Assembly: GCA_965207225.1 (NCBI GenBank)
Contig: CBDBLV010000004.1
Location: 320,001-384,000, forward strand
DNA: 64,000 nucleotides
From: Dehalococcoidia bacterium
GTDB taxonomy: Bacteria > Chloroflexota > Dehalococcoidia > Plut-88900
Direction: 5' to 3'
Part shown: positions 49,306 through 58,605 of the stretch, one piece after another
How the letters are laid out: each line of letters begins with the position of its first letter
How positions within the stretch are numbered: the first letter of the stretch is position 1
Made by a program: the position numbers and the translations under genes
The notes under the pieces: model-generated
What the model was told of the DNA's origin: nothing
What the model saw: the letters and a program-made list of their open reading frames with translations, nothing else
Database searches by the model: none

Positions 49306-50174
49306 TAGCCTACAGCGGCGGGGATTTCCACGCCCAGGCCCCTGGCCCGGCAGTAACTCTCATGGTCGTTGAAGGCGAATACCTCGGCGGCGAGGTAGTC
49401 CTGGAAGGCGTCATCGGATGAGGAAGCTTCCAAGTACTTCTTCATCTCGTCAACGTCCATGGCGTAATGGCCGGGGCACGCGCTGGGGAAGGCGCCAAAG
49501 GGGGCGTGGGCCACGGCTTTGACGTGAATGGCCGGGATGTAGGTACCGGAAGGGTCGTCGGGGGAGACCTGATCGACTATCTCTTCGACAGTGACGATAA
49601 CCCGGTCCGAGGCTTGAGCCAGCATCAGGGCTTCTCCGCCCTTCTTGACGAGCACGTTGCCTCGCCTGTCAGCCTTGGTGCCGTGGAAGAGGGCCACGTC
49701 GGGGTTGATGGCCTTGGCCATAACTATCGGCTCGGAGGGGTTGAAAGGGTTGGGGGCGATGGTGAAGTCATCTCGTTGGCTAATCACGTCGCTGTTGGCG
49801 TAGCCGAGGGTCGGGACGAAGGGGATGCCCATTGATCCAGCCTGGACCATGCTGTAGAGAACGCCTCAGGTATTGTCCTTCATCTTGACCCGGCCCTCCT
49901 TCTGGAGGCGCAGGTAGTTGGGGGCGACCCGGGCGAAGGGTTGGAAGTTGAAGTCGCAGGTCTCAACGGTGGCGGTACGGCCGGCCCCGACGAGGAAGTC
50001 GAGGTTCATGGAAGCGCCGACCACGCCGACAGTGTTGAGCTCCGTGGTCTCGCCGCGGACGATCTCGCGGAGGAGGGCCATGGGGGTATTGTCCAGGCCA
50101 CCCATCATGATCACCTTGTCACCGGTGCGTACCAGGCTGGCGGCTTGTTCCAGGGTTACTAGTTTCTCTCTCAT
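49305..50174 (-). CDS. Family I CoA-transferase alpha subunit (GctA-like) with in-frame UGA at codon 103 (possible selenocysteine)
   Basis: ORFs 49866-50174 and 49305-49850 are in the same frame and are joined by TGA-GVLYS, giving 289 aa. Motifs KLVTLEQA, AG-x-MGIPFVP, AINPDVALFH, ADRRGNV and PFGAFP. Confidence 0.75.
49833..49849 (-). promoter_or_regulatory. Putative bacterial SECIS hairpin
   Basis: mRNA UGGUCCA-GGC-UGGAUCA; the G-starting loop lies 23 nt after the UGA. Confidence 0.5.
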
Positions 50175-50282
50175 CTGTGCTTCATTCCCTTCATCGAACC
50201 CAGAGCCTGTACAACGTTGGACTCAGGTTATATTTCGACACTGTGGGTGTCAAGGCAGGAGTGGCGGAGGTCATGGGCACCT

Positions 50283-52679
50283 TTAGGTTGGGGTGCGGGC
50301 GCGGGCGCCGCCGAGTCGGGCCTGCACCCGACGCCAGACCATCCTGAATTCACCCTTCTCCCACATGACGAGCACCTGCGGGCCGATCAGCATGGAGCTG
50401 TAGGTACCGGCGAGGACACCTATAAGCAGCACCAGTATGAAGGGCAGGAGGGTCCCGCCGCCGAACAGGACTAGGGCGAGCAGAGTAAACAGTGTTGTGA
50501 GGCTGGTGTTGACTGAGCGGCCCATGGTCTCAAGCAGGCTGTTGTTAACCGTGACCTCGAAGGGGTCGCCGGTGCGCCTTAGCATGTTCTCCCTGATGCG
50601 GTCGAAGACGACGATGGTGTTGTTAATGCTGTAGCCGATGACGGCAAGGATAGCCGTGATGACCATGGTGTTGAGCTCGACGCCAAAGACCTTGCCGAGC
50701 AGGGAGAAGAGGCCGAGGACGATCAGAACGTCATGGGCGAGGGCAAAGACGGCCGCGGCGCTGTAGCGGAAGAAATGGGGCATCTTGCGGAAAGCCCACG
50801 CTATGTACAGGAATATACCGATGATGGCGAAGAACACGGCCAGAGCGGCGTTGCGCACCATTTCGGCGGCGACGATGGGAGAAACGAAGTCCACCTCGAA
50901 GCGGTCTATGCTGGTGGGGCCGAAACGTTGGGCGAAGGCCTGCTGAATGAGCTGGCTATCGGAAGGCCCGACATTGCCATCCTGGTCAATCTCGCCCTGG
51001 CCTAGGGTCTCGGTGCGGATGAGGAAGGCGTTGGTCTCCAGGGCCTGGACGATGGCGTCGCCGTGGCCCAGTTCCTCCAACTCTTGCCGCACAGCTGTTA
51101 CCGTTACTTCTCCACCTGTGAGCCGGTCGCGGTCGGCGGGGTTGATGAAGCGGACCTCGATGGTGGAGCCGCTGGAGAACTCGATGCCGGTGTTGAAAGC
51201 CGGGGGGAATATGAGAGACACGATACCCGGAAGTATCACGGCACCGGAGATTGCAAAGTACCAGAACCTCCTGTTGACGACGTTGATGCGGCGGCCGGGG
51301 GTGGGGTCCTGGGGGGTGTCGGCCAGGGTCTTGGGCACGCCGAATACTCCGGGCTTCTCCTGGGCCCAGGAGCCGACGAAGAATCTCAGGAAGCTGCGGG
51401 TGACGAACATGGCGGAGAACATGCTGGTGACGATGCCAATGGCGAGGGTGATGGCGAATCCGGTGACCAGGGGGGTGCCCAGCTTGTCGCCGAACCACCA
51501 GAGAATGGCGCAGGTTATGAGGGTGGATACGTTGCTGTCGCGGATGGCCACCCAGGCCCGGTTGAATCCGGCTTCGATAGCGACGCGGAGGCTACGGCCG
51601 GCGCGGAGCTCCTCTTTCAGACGTTCGAAGATGAGGACATTCGCGTCGACGGCCATGCCGATGGACAGGATGAACCCGGCGATGCCGGAGAGGGTAAGGG
51701 TGACGGGGAGCAGCTTGAAGGTGGACAGGACCACGAGGCCGTAGACGATGAGGGCGCCGGCGGAAAGGACGCCCGGGAGCCTGTAGTAGACCATCAGGAA
51801 ACCCAGGACAAGGAGCAATCCCACTATGCCCGCCACCATGCTCTTGTTGACCGACTCGGCGCCGAGGGTGGCATCGACGTCCTGCTCTCGGATGAGCTGG
51901 ATAGGAATCGGCAAGGCACCGGCGTTGAGCTGGATGGCGAGGTCATCAGCCTGTTCGATGCTAAGACCGGTGATTACACCGTTTCTGGATATGACCGCCT
52001 GGACCACGGGGTCGGAAATCAAAAGGCCGTCCAGGTGGATTCCCAGGGGCTGGTTGAGGAGCCTGCTGGTGATGTTTTCGAACATCCTGGCGCCTTCGCT
52101 GTTGAACTCGAAGGCGACCTGGGGAAGGTTGGTTGCAGGGTCTAGCACGACCTGGGAATTCGGCAGCATGTATTCGCCTGTGAGGGGGACCAGCTGGCCG
52201 GTATCGTTTGGAGCTAGGACGGGGTCCCAGATGATGCTGCCGGTCTGGGGGTCGGTGACGAAGGTGCCATCTTCCTGTCGCCGCTGCTCTCGGAAGTCGA
52301 GCTGGGCGGTGCGGCCGATAAGGCTCTTGGCCCGCTCCACGTCCCGGATACCGGGGATCTGTACCATGATCCGGTCGTCGCCAACTCTTTGGACTATGGG
52401 CTCGGAGACTCCGAAGGCGTCGACGCGGTTGCGGATGATGCTGATAACGCCCTCGACCTGGGAGTCGGTGACGGCTTCACCTTCGGGGGGTTGGGCCTCA
52501 TAGACGAGGTGGGTGCCGCCCCGGATGTCGAGTCCCTGTCGGAAGCCGACCCTGTCGATGCCGGGCGTCTTGTCGGGGAGCAGGACCACGAGACCGGCTA
52601 TGAATATGAGGCCGATCATGATCAGACAAAGGGTGTTCCCCTTCGGGATAAGCCTGTATAGCCTGAGTAGACCTAGCAA
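50283..52679 (-). CDS. secDF: Protein translocase SecDF fusion
   Basis: GLDIRGG, LNAGALP, GMAVDANVLIFER, GIEFSSG and GYSINNTIVVFDRIRE. Exact start uncertain. Confidence 0.95.
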   Translation of the reverse strand: MLGLLRLYRLIPKGNTLCLIMIGLIFIAGLVVLLPDKTPGIDRVGFRQGLDIRGGTHLVYEAQPPEGEAVTDSQVEGVISIIRNRVDAFGVSEPIVQRVGDDRIMVQIPGIRDVERAKSLIGRTAQLDFREQRRQEDGTFVTDPQTGSIIWDPVLAPNDTGQLVPLTGEYMLPNSQVVLDPATNLPQVAFEFNSEGARMFENITSRLLNQPLGIHLDGLLISDPVVQAVISRNGVITGLSIEQADDLAIQLNAGALPIPIQLIREQDVDATLGAESVNKSMVAGIVGLLLVLGFLMVYYRLPGVLSAGALIVYGLVVLSTFKLLPVTLTLSGIAGFILSIGMAVDANVLIFERLKEELRAGRSLRVAIEAGFNRAWVAIRDSNVSTLITCAILWWFGDKLGTPLVTGFAITLAIGIVTSMFSAMFVTRSFLRFFVGSWAQEKPGVFGVPKTLADTPQDPTPGRRINVVNRRFWYFAISGAVILPGIVSLIFPPAFNTGIEFSSGSTIEVRFINPADRDRLTGGEVTVTAVRQELEELGHGDAIVQALETNAFLIRTETLGQGEIDQDGNVGPSDSQLIQQAFAQRFGPTSIDRFEVDFVSPIVAAEMVRNAALAVFFAIIGIFLYIAWAFRKMPHFFRYSAAAVFALAHDVLIVLGLFSLLGKVFGVELNTMVITAILAVIGYSINNTIVVFDRIRENMLRRTGDPFEVTVNNSLLETMGRSVNTSLTTLFTLLALVLFGGGTLLPFILVLLIGVLAGTYSSMLIGPQVLVMWEKGEFRMVWRRVQARLGGARARTPT

Positions 52680-52800
52680 CTAAAGTGACCGCCGGACCAT
52701 GAGTGGTAGTCTGTCATGTGTATTGTACGCCGCGCTTGGCGGAAATCTGTTAGTGAATGTTAGCACAATGGGCTGGGAGATGGCGTGGGACCCGGACCCG

Positions 52801-53292
52801 CTATCCTTCTTCCTCTTCCTCCGCCGGGGTGTATTTGTGGAGCTTGTCCATGCTCTCCAGCAAGTCGGTGTAGAGGGAGCCCTGGATGTGCCCGACCTCA
52901 TGCTCGAGGGCCTGGGCGAGGAGTTCGGTGGCCTTGATGCGCACTTCCTTGCCGGCCAGGTCCAGCCCTTTGGCGACTACGGTCTCGGCGCGCTTGATTT
53001 CGCCGCGGTAGCCGGGGATGCTGAGGCAGCCTTCGTTGACTTCCCGTTCGCCGGTCTTCTTGACTATTTCCGGGTTGATAAGGGTGATGATTTCCTCGTC
53101 GGGTATGCCTATTACTATGACACGCAGGGAAACCCCTACCTGAGGCGCCGCGATGCCGACGCCGTCGTAGGCGTGCATGCTCTCGACCATGTCCTTGGCG
53201 AGCTTCTTGATGTAGGAGTCGATGGCCCGGACGCGCTTGGCTTTCAGGCGCAGTATGGGGTCGGGGGTGACTTTAAGAGGAAGTACGGCCAA
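52801..53292 (-). CDS. def: Peptide deformylase
   Basis: [15 protein letters not shown] and HEVGH; TTG start. Confidence 0.95.
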   Translation of the reverse strand: MAVLPLKVTPDPILRLKAKRVRAIDSYIKKLAKDMVESMHAYDGVGIAAPQVGVSLRVIVIGIPDEEIITLINPEIVKKTGEREVNEGCLSIPGYRGEIKRAETVVAKGLDLAGKEVRIKATELLAQALEHEVGHIQGSLYTDLLESMDKLHKYTPAEEEEEG

Positions 53293-53345
53293 GGGGCGCC
53301 TCTGGGGCGTGAAGGATGATCACGTATGATTCGGGCATCGGAACA

Positions 53346-53374
53346 ATTCTAAGAAAAGGGTTGATGCCTGTAAA
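53346..53374 (-). promoter_or_regulatory. Putative promoter of def
   Basis: TTTACA-17 bp-TAGAAT on the minus strand. Confidence 0.55.
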
Positions 53375-53471
53375 GGTTAGGCGCTCGTCGGGGGGGCCGG
53401 TGAAGCATCGGGGGTTTATTCAGTTGTGGGGTCTCGGTTTTCGTTTTGATTGTTCTGTCGGGTTTTGGGTC

Positions 53472-53779
53472 GGCGATGGAAGGTCCGGGACTCAGTTTCA
53501 GGGGGCGGGAGGCCAGCCTGGTTCAGCCCCGTGTTCCTGTGTCACATGGCAGACAAACGAGGGGTTCTCGCCTGAGGGCGTCTCTACCACCAGTTTCTCA
53601 GTTTTCCCGACCCACTCGGAGGGGTGGGTGGGTGTTTTCTCGCTGCCGTCGCTGGGTTTATGGGAATCTCCGAGGGGAACGACGGGGGAGATTTTTCCAA
53701 GGGCGTAATTGCCCGAGGTTTTTCGGCAGGGCTCCTAAGTGAGGAGCGTGCCGCTTAATGTTGTGGACCTTCCATCGCC
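53472..53779 (-). ncRNA. Candidate large structured ncRNA, copy B (single module)
   Basis: Perfect 15-bp terminal inverted repeat GGCGATGGAAGGTCC. The module at 53523-53690 aligns with the 162-bp repeat unit at 13049. Confidence 0.55.
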
Positions 53780-54034
53780 TGGATGGATGGGGAAGGGGCA
53801 CGGGACCCTTGGGTTGAGGAGATGGCGCCCCCGACTTCTCGGGGGCAGGCTTTTCGCTTGTGCCACAACCTGCCGTCCTCGCAAGGGGGGGCGATTGGCC
53901 GGTCGCCTCCCTATGGGAGGGGAGAGGTCTTGGGATGGGCTAGGGCGTTGAGTCCTCTTGGGTCTCGGGGGCTTCCCTTAGGTTTTTGGTTCCTCCTTTG
54001 ATGATGTGACTTAGTGTTCGATCAGACGCAGGGT

Positions 54035-54063
54035 ATGATAGTACCATCGGACAGCTGTGTCAA
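54035..54063 (-). promoter_or_regulatory. Sigma70-type promoter firing into the non-coding region
   Basis: TTGACA-17 bp-TATCAT on the minus strand. Confidence 0.7.
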
Positions 54064-54082
54064 GAGCAAATGTGCGGCTTTT

Positions 54083-54260
54083 GGGGGAATATCCCCCAGC
54101 CCCCCAAGGGAACCCTCTCCCCCTTGGTCCCCCTCTCCCCCTCGAGGGACTCGGGGCAGGCTCTTAGGGCCTTTAAGGGAGAGGGGGAAAGAAGAACAGA
54201 GGCCCACGTGGGCGCGCTGCACCCACGTGGGCCTCTAGTTCAGTACTGGGGAGGAAGGGG
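54083..54260 (-). repeat. Composite hairpin element, copy 2
   Basis: The reverse complement aligns with 13629-13784. Long hairpin at 54198-54236. Confidence 0.8.
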
Positions 54261-54307
54261 ATGGCTCGGTTTGGGGGACATGCAAGTCTTAGCGTGGGTG
54301 GCGGGCA

Positions 54308-54371
54308 GGGTACCCACGAGGGGCACCCCTACGGGGGAGGGGATGGATTCCGGCTCGGGGGCCGGAATGAC
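54308..54371 (-). repeat. Two REP-like palindromes (GTAG-type and GTCATTCC-type) downstream of priA
   Basis: Minus strand GTAG-GGGTGCCC-CTCGT-GGGTACCC and GTC-ATTCCGGC-CCCCGA-GCCGGAAT. Confidence 0.65.
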
Positions 54372-54381
54372 GATTGGAGGG

Positions 54382-56805
54382 TTAGAGGAGGGTTACGGGG
54401 TCTACTTCGACGGCCCAGCCGTCTCCGGGGCCAACTTTTTTGAGGAGCAGTCCGGGTTCGTTGCCGCGGATGAGGACCTGCCAGCGGTAGCGGCCCTTGA
54501 CCCTGGGGATGAAGCAGGGAACGGGGCCGAGAACTTCGGTCTGGGGAAGGCCGAGCCGGTCACATTCGTGGCGGAGGGCCAGGGCGACACGACTGGCCTC
54601 AGTCTCGGCTTTTTCGGCATTGACCTGGGAGTGGGTGAGCCTGGTGAGTCGGGCGAAGGGGGGGTAGCGGTTCTGGAGTCGGTAGTAGATTTCCTGGCGG
54701 GAAAATCGCTCGTAGTCGTGGGCAGCGACGGAGCGGATGGCGTAGTGCTCAGGGTTGAAGGTCTGTATGACGACGCGCCCGCCTCCCGGGCCCCGGCCCG
54801 CTCGACCGGCGACCTGGGTGAGAACCTGGAAGACGCGTTCGCCGGCACGGTAGTCGGGGAAGTTGATGCCGACGTCGGCGCTCATGACGCCCACGAGGGT
54901 GACCTGGGGGAGGTGGAGACCCTGGGCCACCATCTGGGTGCCGACGAGGATATCGATCTCGCCGGACTGGAGCTTGCGGAGGACCTCCTCGTGCTCGGCC
55001 TGGTCGGAGGCGGTGTCCCTGTCCCAGCGGAAGGTGCGGGCGCCGGGAAACCGGGAGCGCATTTCCTGCTCGATGCGCTGGGTGCCTGCTCCGATGTACC
55101 CGAGGTCGGGGCTGCCGCACTGGCGGCACATCTGGGGCCTGTTGATGCTGTAGCCGCAGTGATGGCACAGGAGCCGGCCCAGGGCGCCGTGATAGACCAG
55201 GGAGACCTCACAGCGTCGGCACTGTACTACGTTTCCGCAGTGGCGGCAGTGGACGGAGGTAGAGAAGCCCCGCCGGTTGATGAAGAGGATGATCTGTTCT
55301 CGGGCGTCGAGGGCCCTGGCCATCTCGGTGCGGAGGAGGCGGCTGAACATGTCGCGGTTGCCGCTGGTAAGCTCCTTCTTCATGTCGACCACGTCGACCC
55401 GGGCCAGGGCCGAGTCCTCAGTGCCCTGGCGGATGCGCCGGGGGAGCTCCAGGAACTCAAGCTCGCCGGTTGCGGCCCGGTAGGAAGTGGTCACGTCAGG
55501 GGTAGCACTCCCCAGAATAACCACCGCGCAGGTAAGCCGGGCCATTTCCAGAGCGGCCTCCCTGGCATGATAGCGGGGGGCGGGCTCCGACTGCTTGTAG
55601 GAGGCATCGTGCTCTTCATCGAGGACGATAAGGCCGAGGTCGGGCTGGGGGGAGAAGAGGGCGCTCCTAGGTCCGATGACGACGCCGAACTCGCCCTGGT
55701 GGATGCGCCACCATTCGTCGAACTTCTCGCCGGGCTTTAGTCGGCTGTGGAGGACGGCGACCTGGCCCGGGAACCGGGAGCTGAAGCGCTGCACGGTCTG
55801 GGGGGTGAGGGAGATCTCGGGGACGAGGACAATGCCACGCCGCCCGAGTTTCAGGGTGCGTTCCAAGGCACGGAGGTAGATTTCGGTTTTGCCACTCCCC
55901 GTGACTCCCCTGAGCAAGAACGCCTTACTTTCCCCACCCGACGCCACATCCTCCAAGGCTTTTTCGATGGGTTCCCAGGCATATTGCTGGTCTTCCGTGA
56001 GGTCGGGGGCGGAGATCTGTTTGTAGTGCCTGGAGGCGAGGGGGTCGCGGATGACACGAACCTTCTTGCTGGCGGCCACGCCTCTCGATACCAGGGCCTT
56101 GATGGCTGTAGGCGAAATGCGTCTTTCCCTCAACTCGGAAACGGAGATGCCCTGCGGTTGTTCGAAGAGGGCGTCGAGGAAGGCACGCTGGTTGACGGCG
56201 TTAGACTTCAGGTTGGCGAGAGATAGGGCGTGCTCGGGGTCGGGCTTTAGGTAGTACTGGGTCTCGTACTTGGCGGAGACGGCGGGGCGGGGAAGCTCCC
56301 ATTCGCGGGTCACGACTCCGATCCTGACCAGGGAGTCGAGCCTCTGCTGGGCCCTTCCTCCGAGCTCCTTCCTCAAGGCTGGGAGCTGCGAGCGGCCCAG
56401 CTCTTTCAGGGCATCCAGGGCTTGTTGTTGGGGGTCGTTCGGAGAGAAGGAGTCGGGCCAGGGGGCGAGGGAGTAGAAGGTGCGCACACGACGGCGCACG
56501 CCCTGGGGTAGCATCACGGAGGCGGCTTCGAAGAGGGAGCAAAGGTAGCGAAGGCTGGTCCATCGTGAGAGGGAGAGGTGGTGGGGTGAGAGGAGGGGTA
56601 CAGGGTCGACGAGGCCGACGACGTCCCGGGTCTCCTGGAAGGCAGGGGCCTCGGTGACTTCGAAGACAATGCCCTGAAGGGTACGACGCCCGAAGGGGAC
56701 CCAGACGCAGTGGCCGGGTTCCACTTTGAGGTTGCCAGGGATGGAATAGGTGAAGGTACGGCCCGGTTCCAGCGGGGCGTCGACGGCTATTTCAGCGAAT
56801 GGCAT
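54382..56805 (-). CDS. priA: Primosomal protein N'
   Basis: GVTGSGKTEIY, LVPEISLTPQ, DEEH, four CxxC pairs, GTQM and QVAGRAGR. Confidence 0.97.
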   Translation of the reverse strand: MPFAEIAVDAPLEPGRTFTYSIPGNLKVEPGHCVWVPFGRRTLQGIVFEVTEAPAFQETRDVVGLVDPVPLLSPHHLSLSRWTSLRYLCSLFEAASVMLPQGVRRRVRTFYSLAPWPDSFSPNDPQQQALDALKELGRSQLPALRKELGGRAQQRLDSLVRIGVVTREWELPRPAVSAKYETQYYLKPDPEHALSLANLKSNAVNQRAFLDALFEQPQGISVSELRERRISPTAIKALVSRGVAASKKVRVIRDPLASRHYKQISAPDLTEDQQYAWEPIEKALEDVASGGESKAFLLRGVTGSGKTEIYLRALERTLKLGRRGIVLVPEISLTPQTVQRFSSRFPGQVAVLHSRLKPGEKFDEWWRIHQGEFGVVIGPRSALFSPQPDLGLIVLDEEHDASYKQSEPAPRYHAREAALEMARLTCAVVILGSATPDVTTSYRAATGELEFLELPRRIRQGTEDSALARVDVVDMKKELTSGNRDMFSRLLRTEMARALDAREQIILFINRRGFSTSVHCRHCGNVVQCRRCEVSLVYHGALGRLLCHHCGYSINRPQMCRQCGSPDLGYIGAGTQRIEQEMRSRFPGARTFRWDRDTASDQAEHEEVLRKLQSGEIDILVGTQMVAQGLHLPQVTLVGVMSADVGINFPDYRAGERVFQVLTQVAGRAGRGPGGGRVVIQTFNPEHYAIRSVAAHDYERFSRQEIYYRLQNRYPPFARLTRLTHSQVNAEKAETEASRVALALRHECDRLGLPQTEVLGPVPCFIPRVKGRYRWQVLIRGNEPGLLLKKVGPGDGWAVEVDPVTLL

Positions 56806-56875
56806 AGCCAACAGTCGCGGCCACAAATGCCGCCGTTCAGGGACGAATTAGAGGGCGCGGGGAGGGGTGTCGGGG

Positions 56876-57238
56876 CTAGGCGAGGCGCTTCTCTTTTATT
56901 CGAGCGGCTTTGCCGGAGCGCTCCCGCAGGTAGTAGAGTCGGGCCCGCCTTACTTTGCCCAGTCTCACGCGTTCCAGCTTCTGCAGCCGGGGGGAGTTGA
57001 AGAGGAAGGTCCTCTCGACGCCGACGGCGTGGGTCACCCTACGCACGGTGAAATTGGCGTCGATTCCGCCGTTGCGAATCTTGATGACCGTACCCTGGAA
57101 GACCTGGATACGCTCCCTTGTACCTTCGATGACCCTGTAGTGCACCTTCACGGTGTCGCCGGGGTGTATCTCGTCGAGGTCGGGGTTGGGTTCGGCCTTG
57201 ACGGCCAAGCTTTCGTCGATTCCTTTAAGACCGCTCAT
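56876..57238 (-). CDS. rplS: 50S ribosomal protein L19
   Basis: [21 protein letters not shown] and [12 protein letters not shown]. Confidence 0.97.
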   Translation of the reverse strand: MSGLKGIDESLAVKAEPNPDLDEIHPGDTVKVHYRVIEGTRERIQVFQGTVIKIRNGGIDANFTVRRVTHAVGVERTFLFNSPRLQKLERVRLGKVRRARLYYLRERSGKAARIKEKRLA

Positions 57239-57432
57239 GACAGATTGACCAATGCGGGGTCAGGCTAATCCGACTACCGCTCCTTGCTTCTGAATTAGTG
57301 CGTATACTCTAGCACAGTTTAACGCCAAGGTTGAAGGGTTAGCTTCGCGTGAACGCGAAGTGCGCCCCCTAAGCCTTTAGTTCTCCACTTCTGATTGCTA
57401 GAATAAGCCGACTACAGTCTTGGGGGCATTAC

Positions 57433-58545
57433 ATGGTGCAATCACTTGAGGGAATGGACTTAGATGAACGTGTGCGAGAAGTTTCAAGTCGCGCTCAAAA
57501 GCGGCTTGACAAGATTCAAACAGAGGAGTCCACAAAAAACGCCCTGGTTATGCCATTCATCAATCACGTACTCGGATATAACGTCTTTGACCCTTCGGAG
57601 GTAATGCCCGAATTTACGGCTGATGTCGGGACTAAGAAGGGTGAAAAGGTTGACTATGCAATTCTTCAAGATGACCAACCGGTAATCCTATTCGAGTGCA
57701 AGAAGTATGGGACCCAATTGGATAAGGATCATGCGTCACAGCTTTACAGGTACTTTACCGTCACTCAAGCCAGATTCGGGGTCCTTACTGACGGGATCAT
57801 TTACAGGTTCTATTCCGATTTAGAAGAACCAAACAAGATGGACGAAAGGCCATTCTTTGAGCTAAACCTCTTGGACTTTAATGATGCTGAAATCGAAGAG
57901 CTAAGAAGGTTTACAAAAGCCTCCTTTGACCTCGATCAAATATTAAGCAATGCAAAGGACCTTAAGTACACACGTGAGATCAAGAGGCTCCTGGCAAACG
58001 AGTGGGCAAGTCCGTCAGAAGAATTCGCCAGGTATTTCGCTGGTCAAATATATGACGGCCTAAAGACGAAAACTGTAATTGAACAGTTCCTTCGCTCCAC
58101 TAAGAAAGCGCTAAGTCAATTCCTAACGGATCGCGTAAATGACAGACTCAAGTCTGCTTTACAGGGCGGAACAGAAACTGAAGAAGAGGCAGAGCAACCG
58201 CCCGAGGATACTGAAGTAGAGGAGAGGAAAGCGGGCCCCTCGGGAATCGTTACAACTGAAGAAGAACTCCAAGGATTCTTCATCGTAAAGGCCATACTCA
58301 GTCAAGACATTCCAATAAGTCGTGTGGCTATGCGAGACACAAAATCCTATTGTGGTGTGCTCTTGGATGATACCAATAGGCGGCCTATCTGTAGACTTTA
58401 CTTCAACGGAGAGCAGAAATACTTGGGCCTATTTGATGAAAACAAGGATGTGGAGCGCGTAGCAATTGAGGCGCCTGACGATATATTCCAGTTTGCTGAT
58501 CAACTTCGTGAAACAGTTCGGCGTTACGACTCAGTTGCCGGATAG
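57433..58545 (+). CDS. Stand-alone type I restriction HsdR N-terminal-domain (PD-(D/E)xK) protein
   Basis: TEESTKNALVMPFI, EVMPEFTADVG-x-KKGEKVDYAI, ILFECK and QLYRYF; visibly more AT-rich than its neighbours. Confidence 0.85.
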   Translation: MVQSLEGMDLDERVREVSSRAQKRLDKIQTEESTKNALVMPFINHVLGYNVFDPSEVMPEFTADVGTKKGEKVDYAILQDDQPVILFECKKYGTQLDKDHASQLYRYFTVTQARFGVLTDGIIYRFYSDLEEPNKMDERPFFELNLLDFNDAEIEELRRFTKASFDLDQILSNAKDLKYTREIKRLLANEWASPSEEFARYFAGQIYDGLKTKTVIEQFLRSTKKALSQFLTDRVNDRLKSALQGGTETEEEAEQPPEDTEVEERKAGPSGIVTTEEELQGFFIVKAILSQDIPISRVAMRDTKSYCGVLLDDTNRRPICRLYFNGEQKYLGLFDENKDVERVAIEAPDDIFQFADQLRETVRRYDSVAG

Positions 58546-58605
58546 TCGTCACAAATCGCTAGACTCCACATTCTTGACTAAGTAAGGCCAAGAAAGACGT
58601 TCTCC

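Noticed and set aside
49305-50174. Pseudogene or two separate genes
   Set aside because: There is a single in-frame UGA with otherwise intact coding sequence, no obvious RBS before ATG 49850, and a SECIS-like hairpin, so recoding is preferred. A nonsense mutation remains possible.
54070-55740. 556-aa plus-strand ORF
   Set aside because: Antisense shadow of priA in GC-rich DNA.
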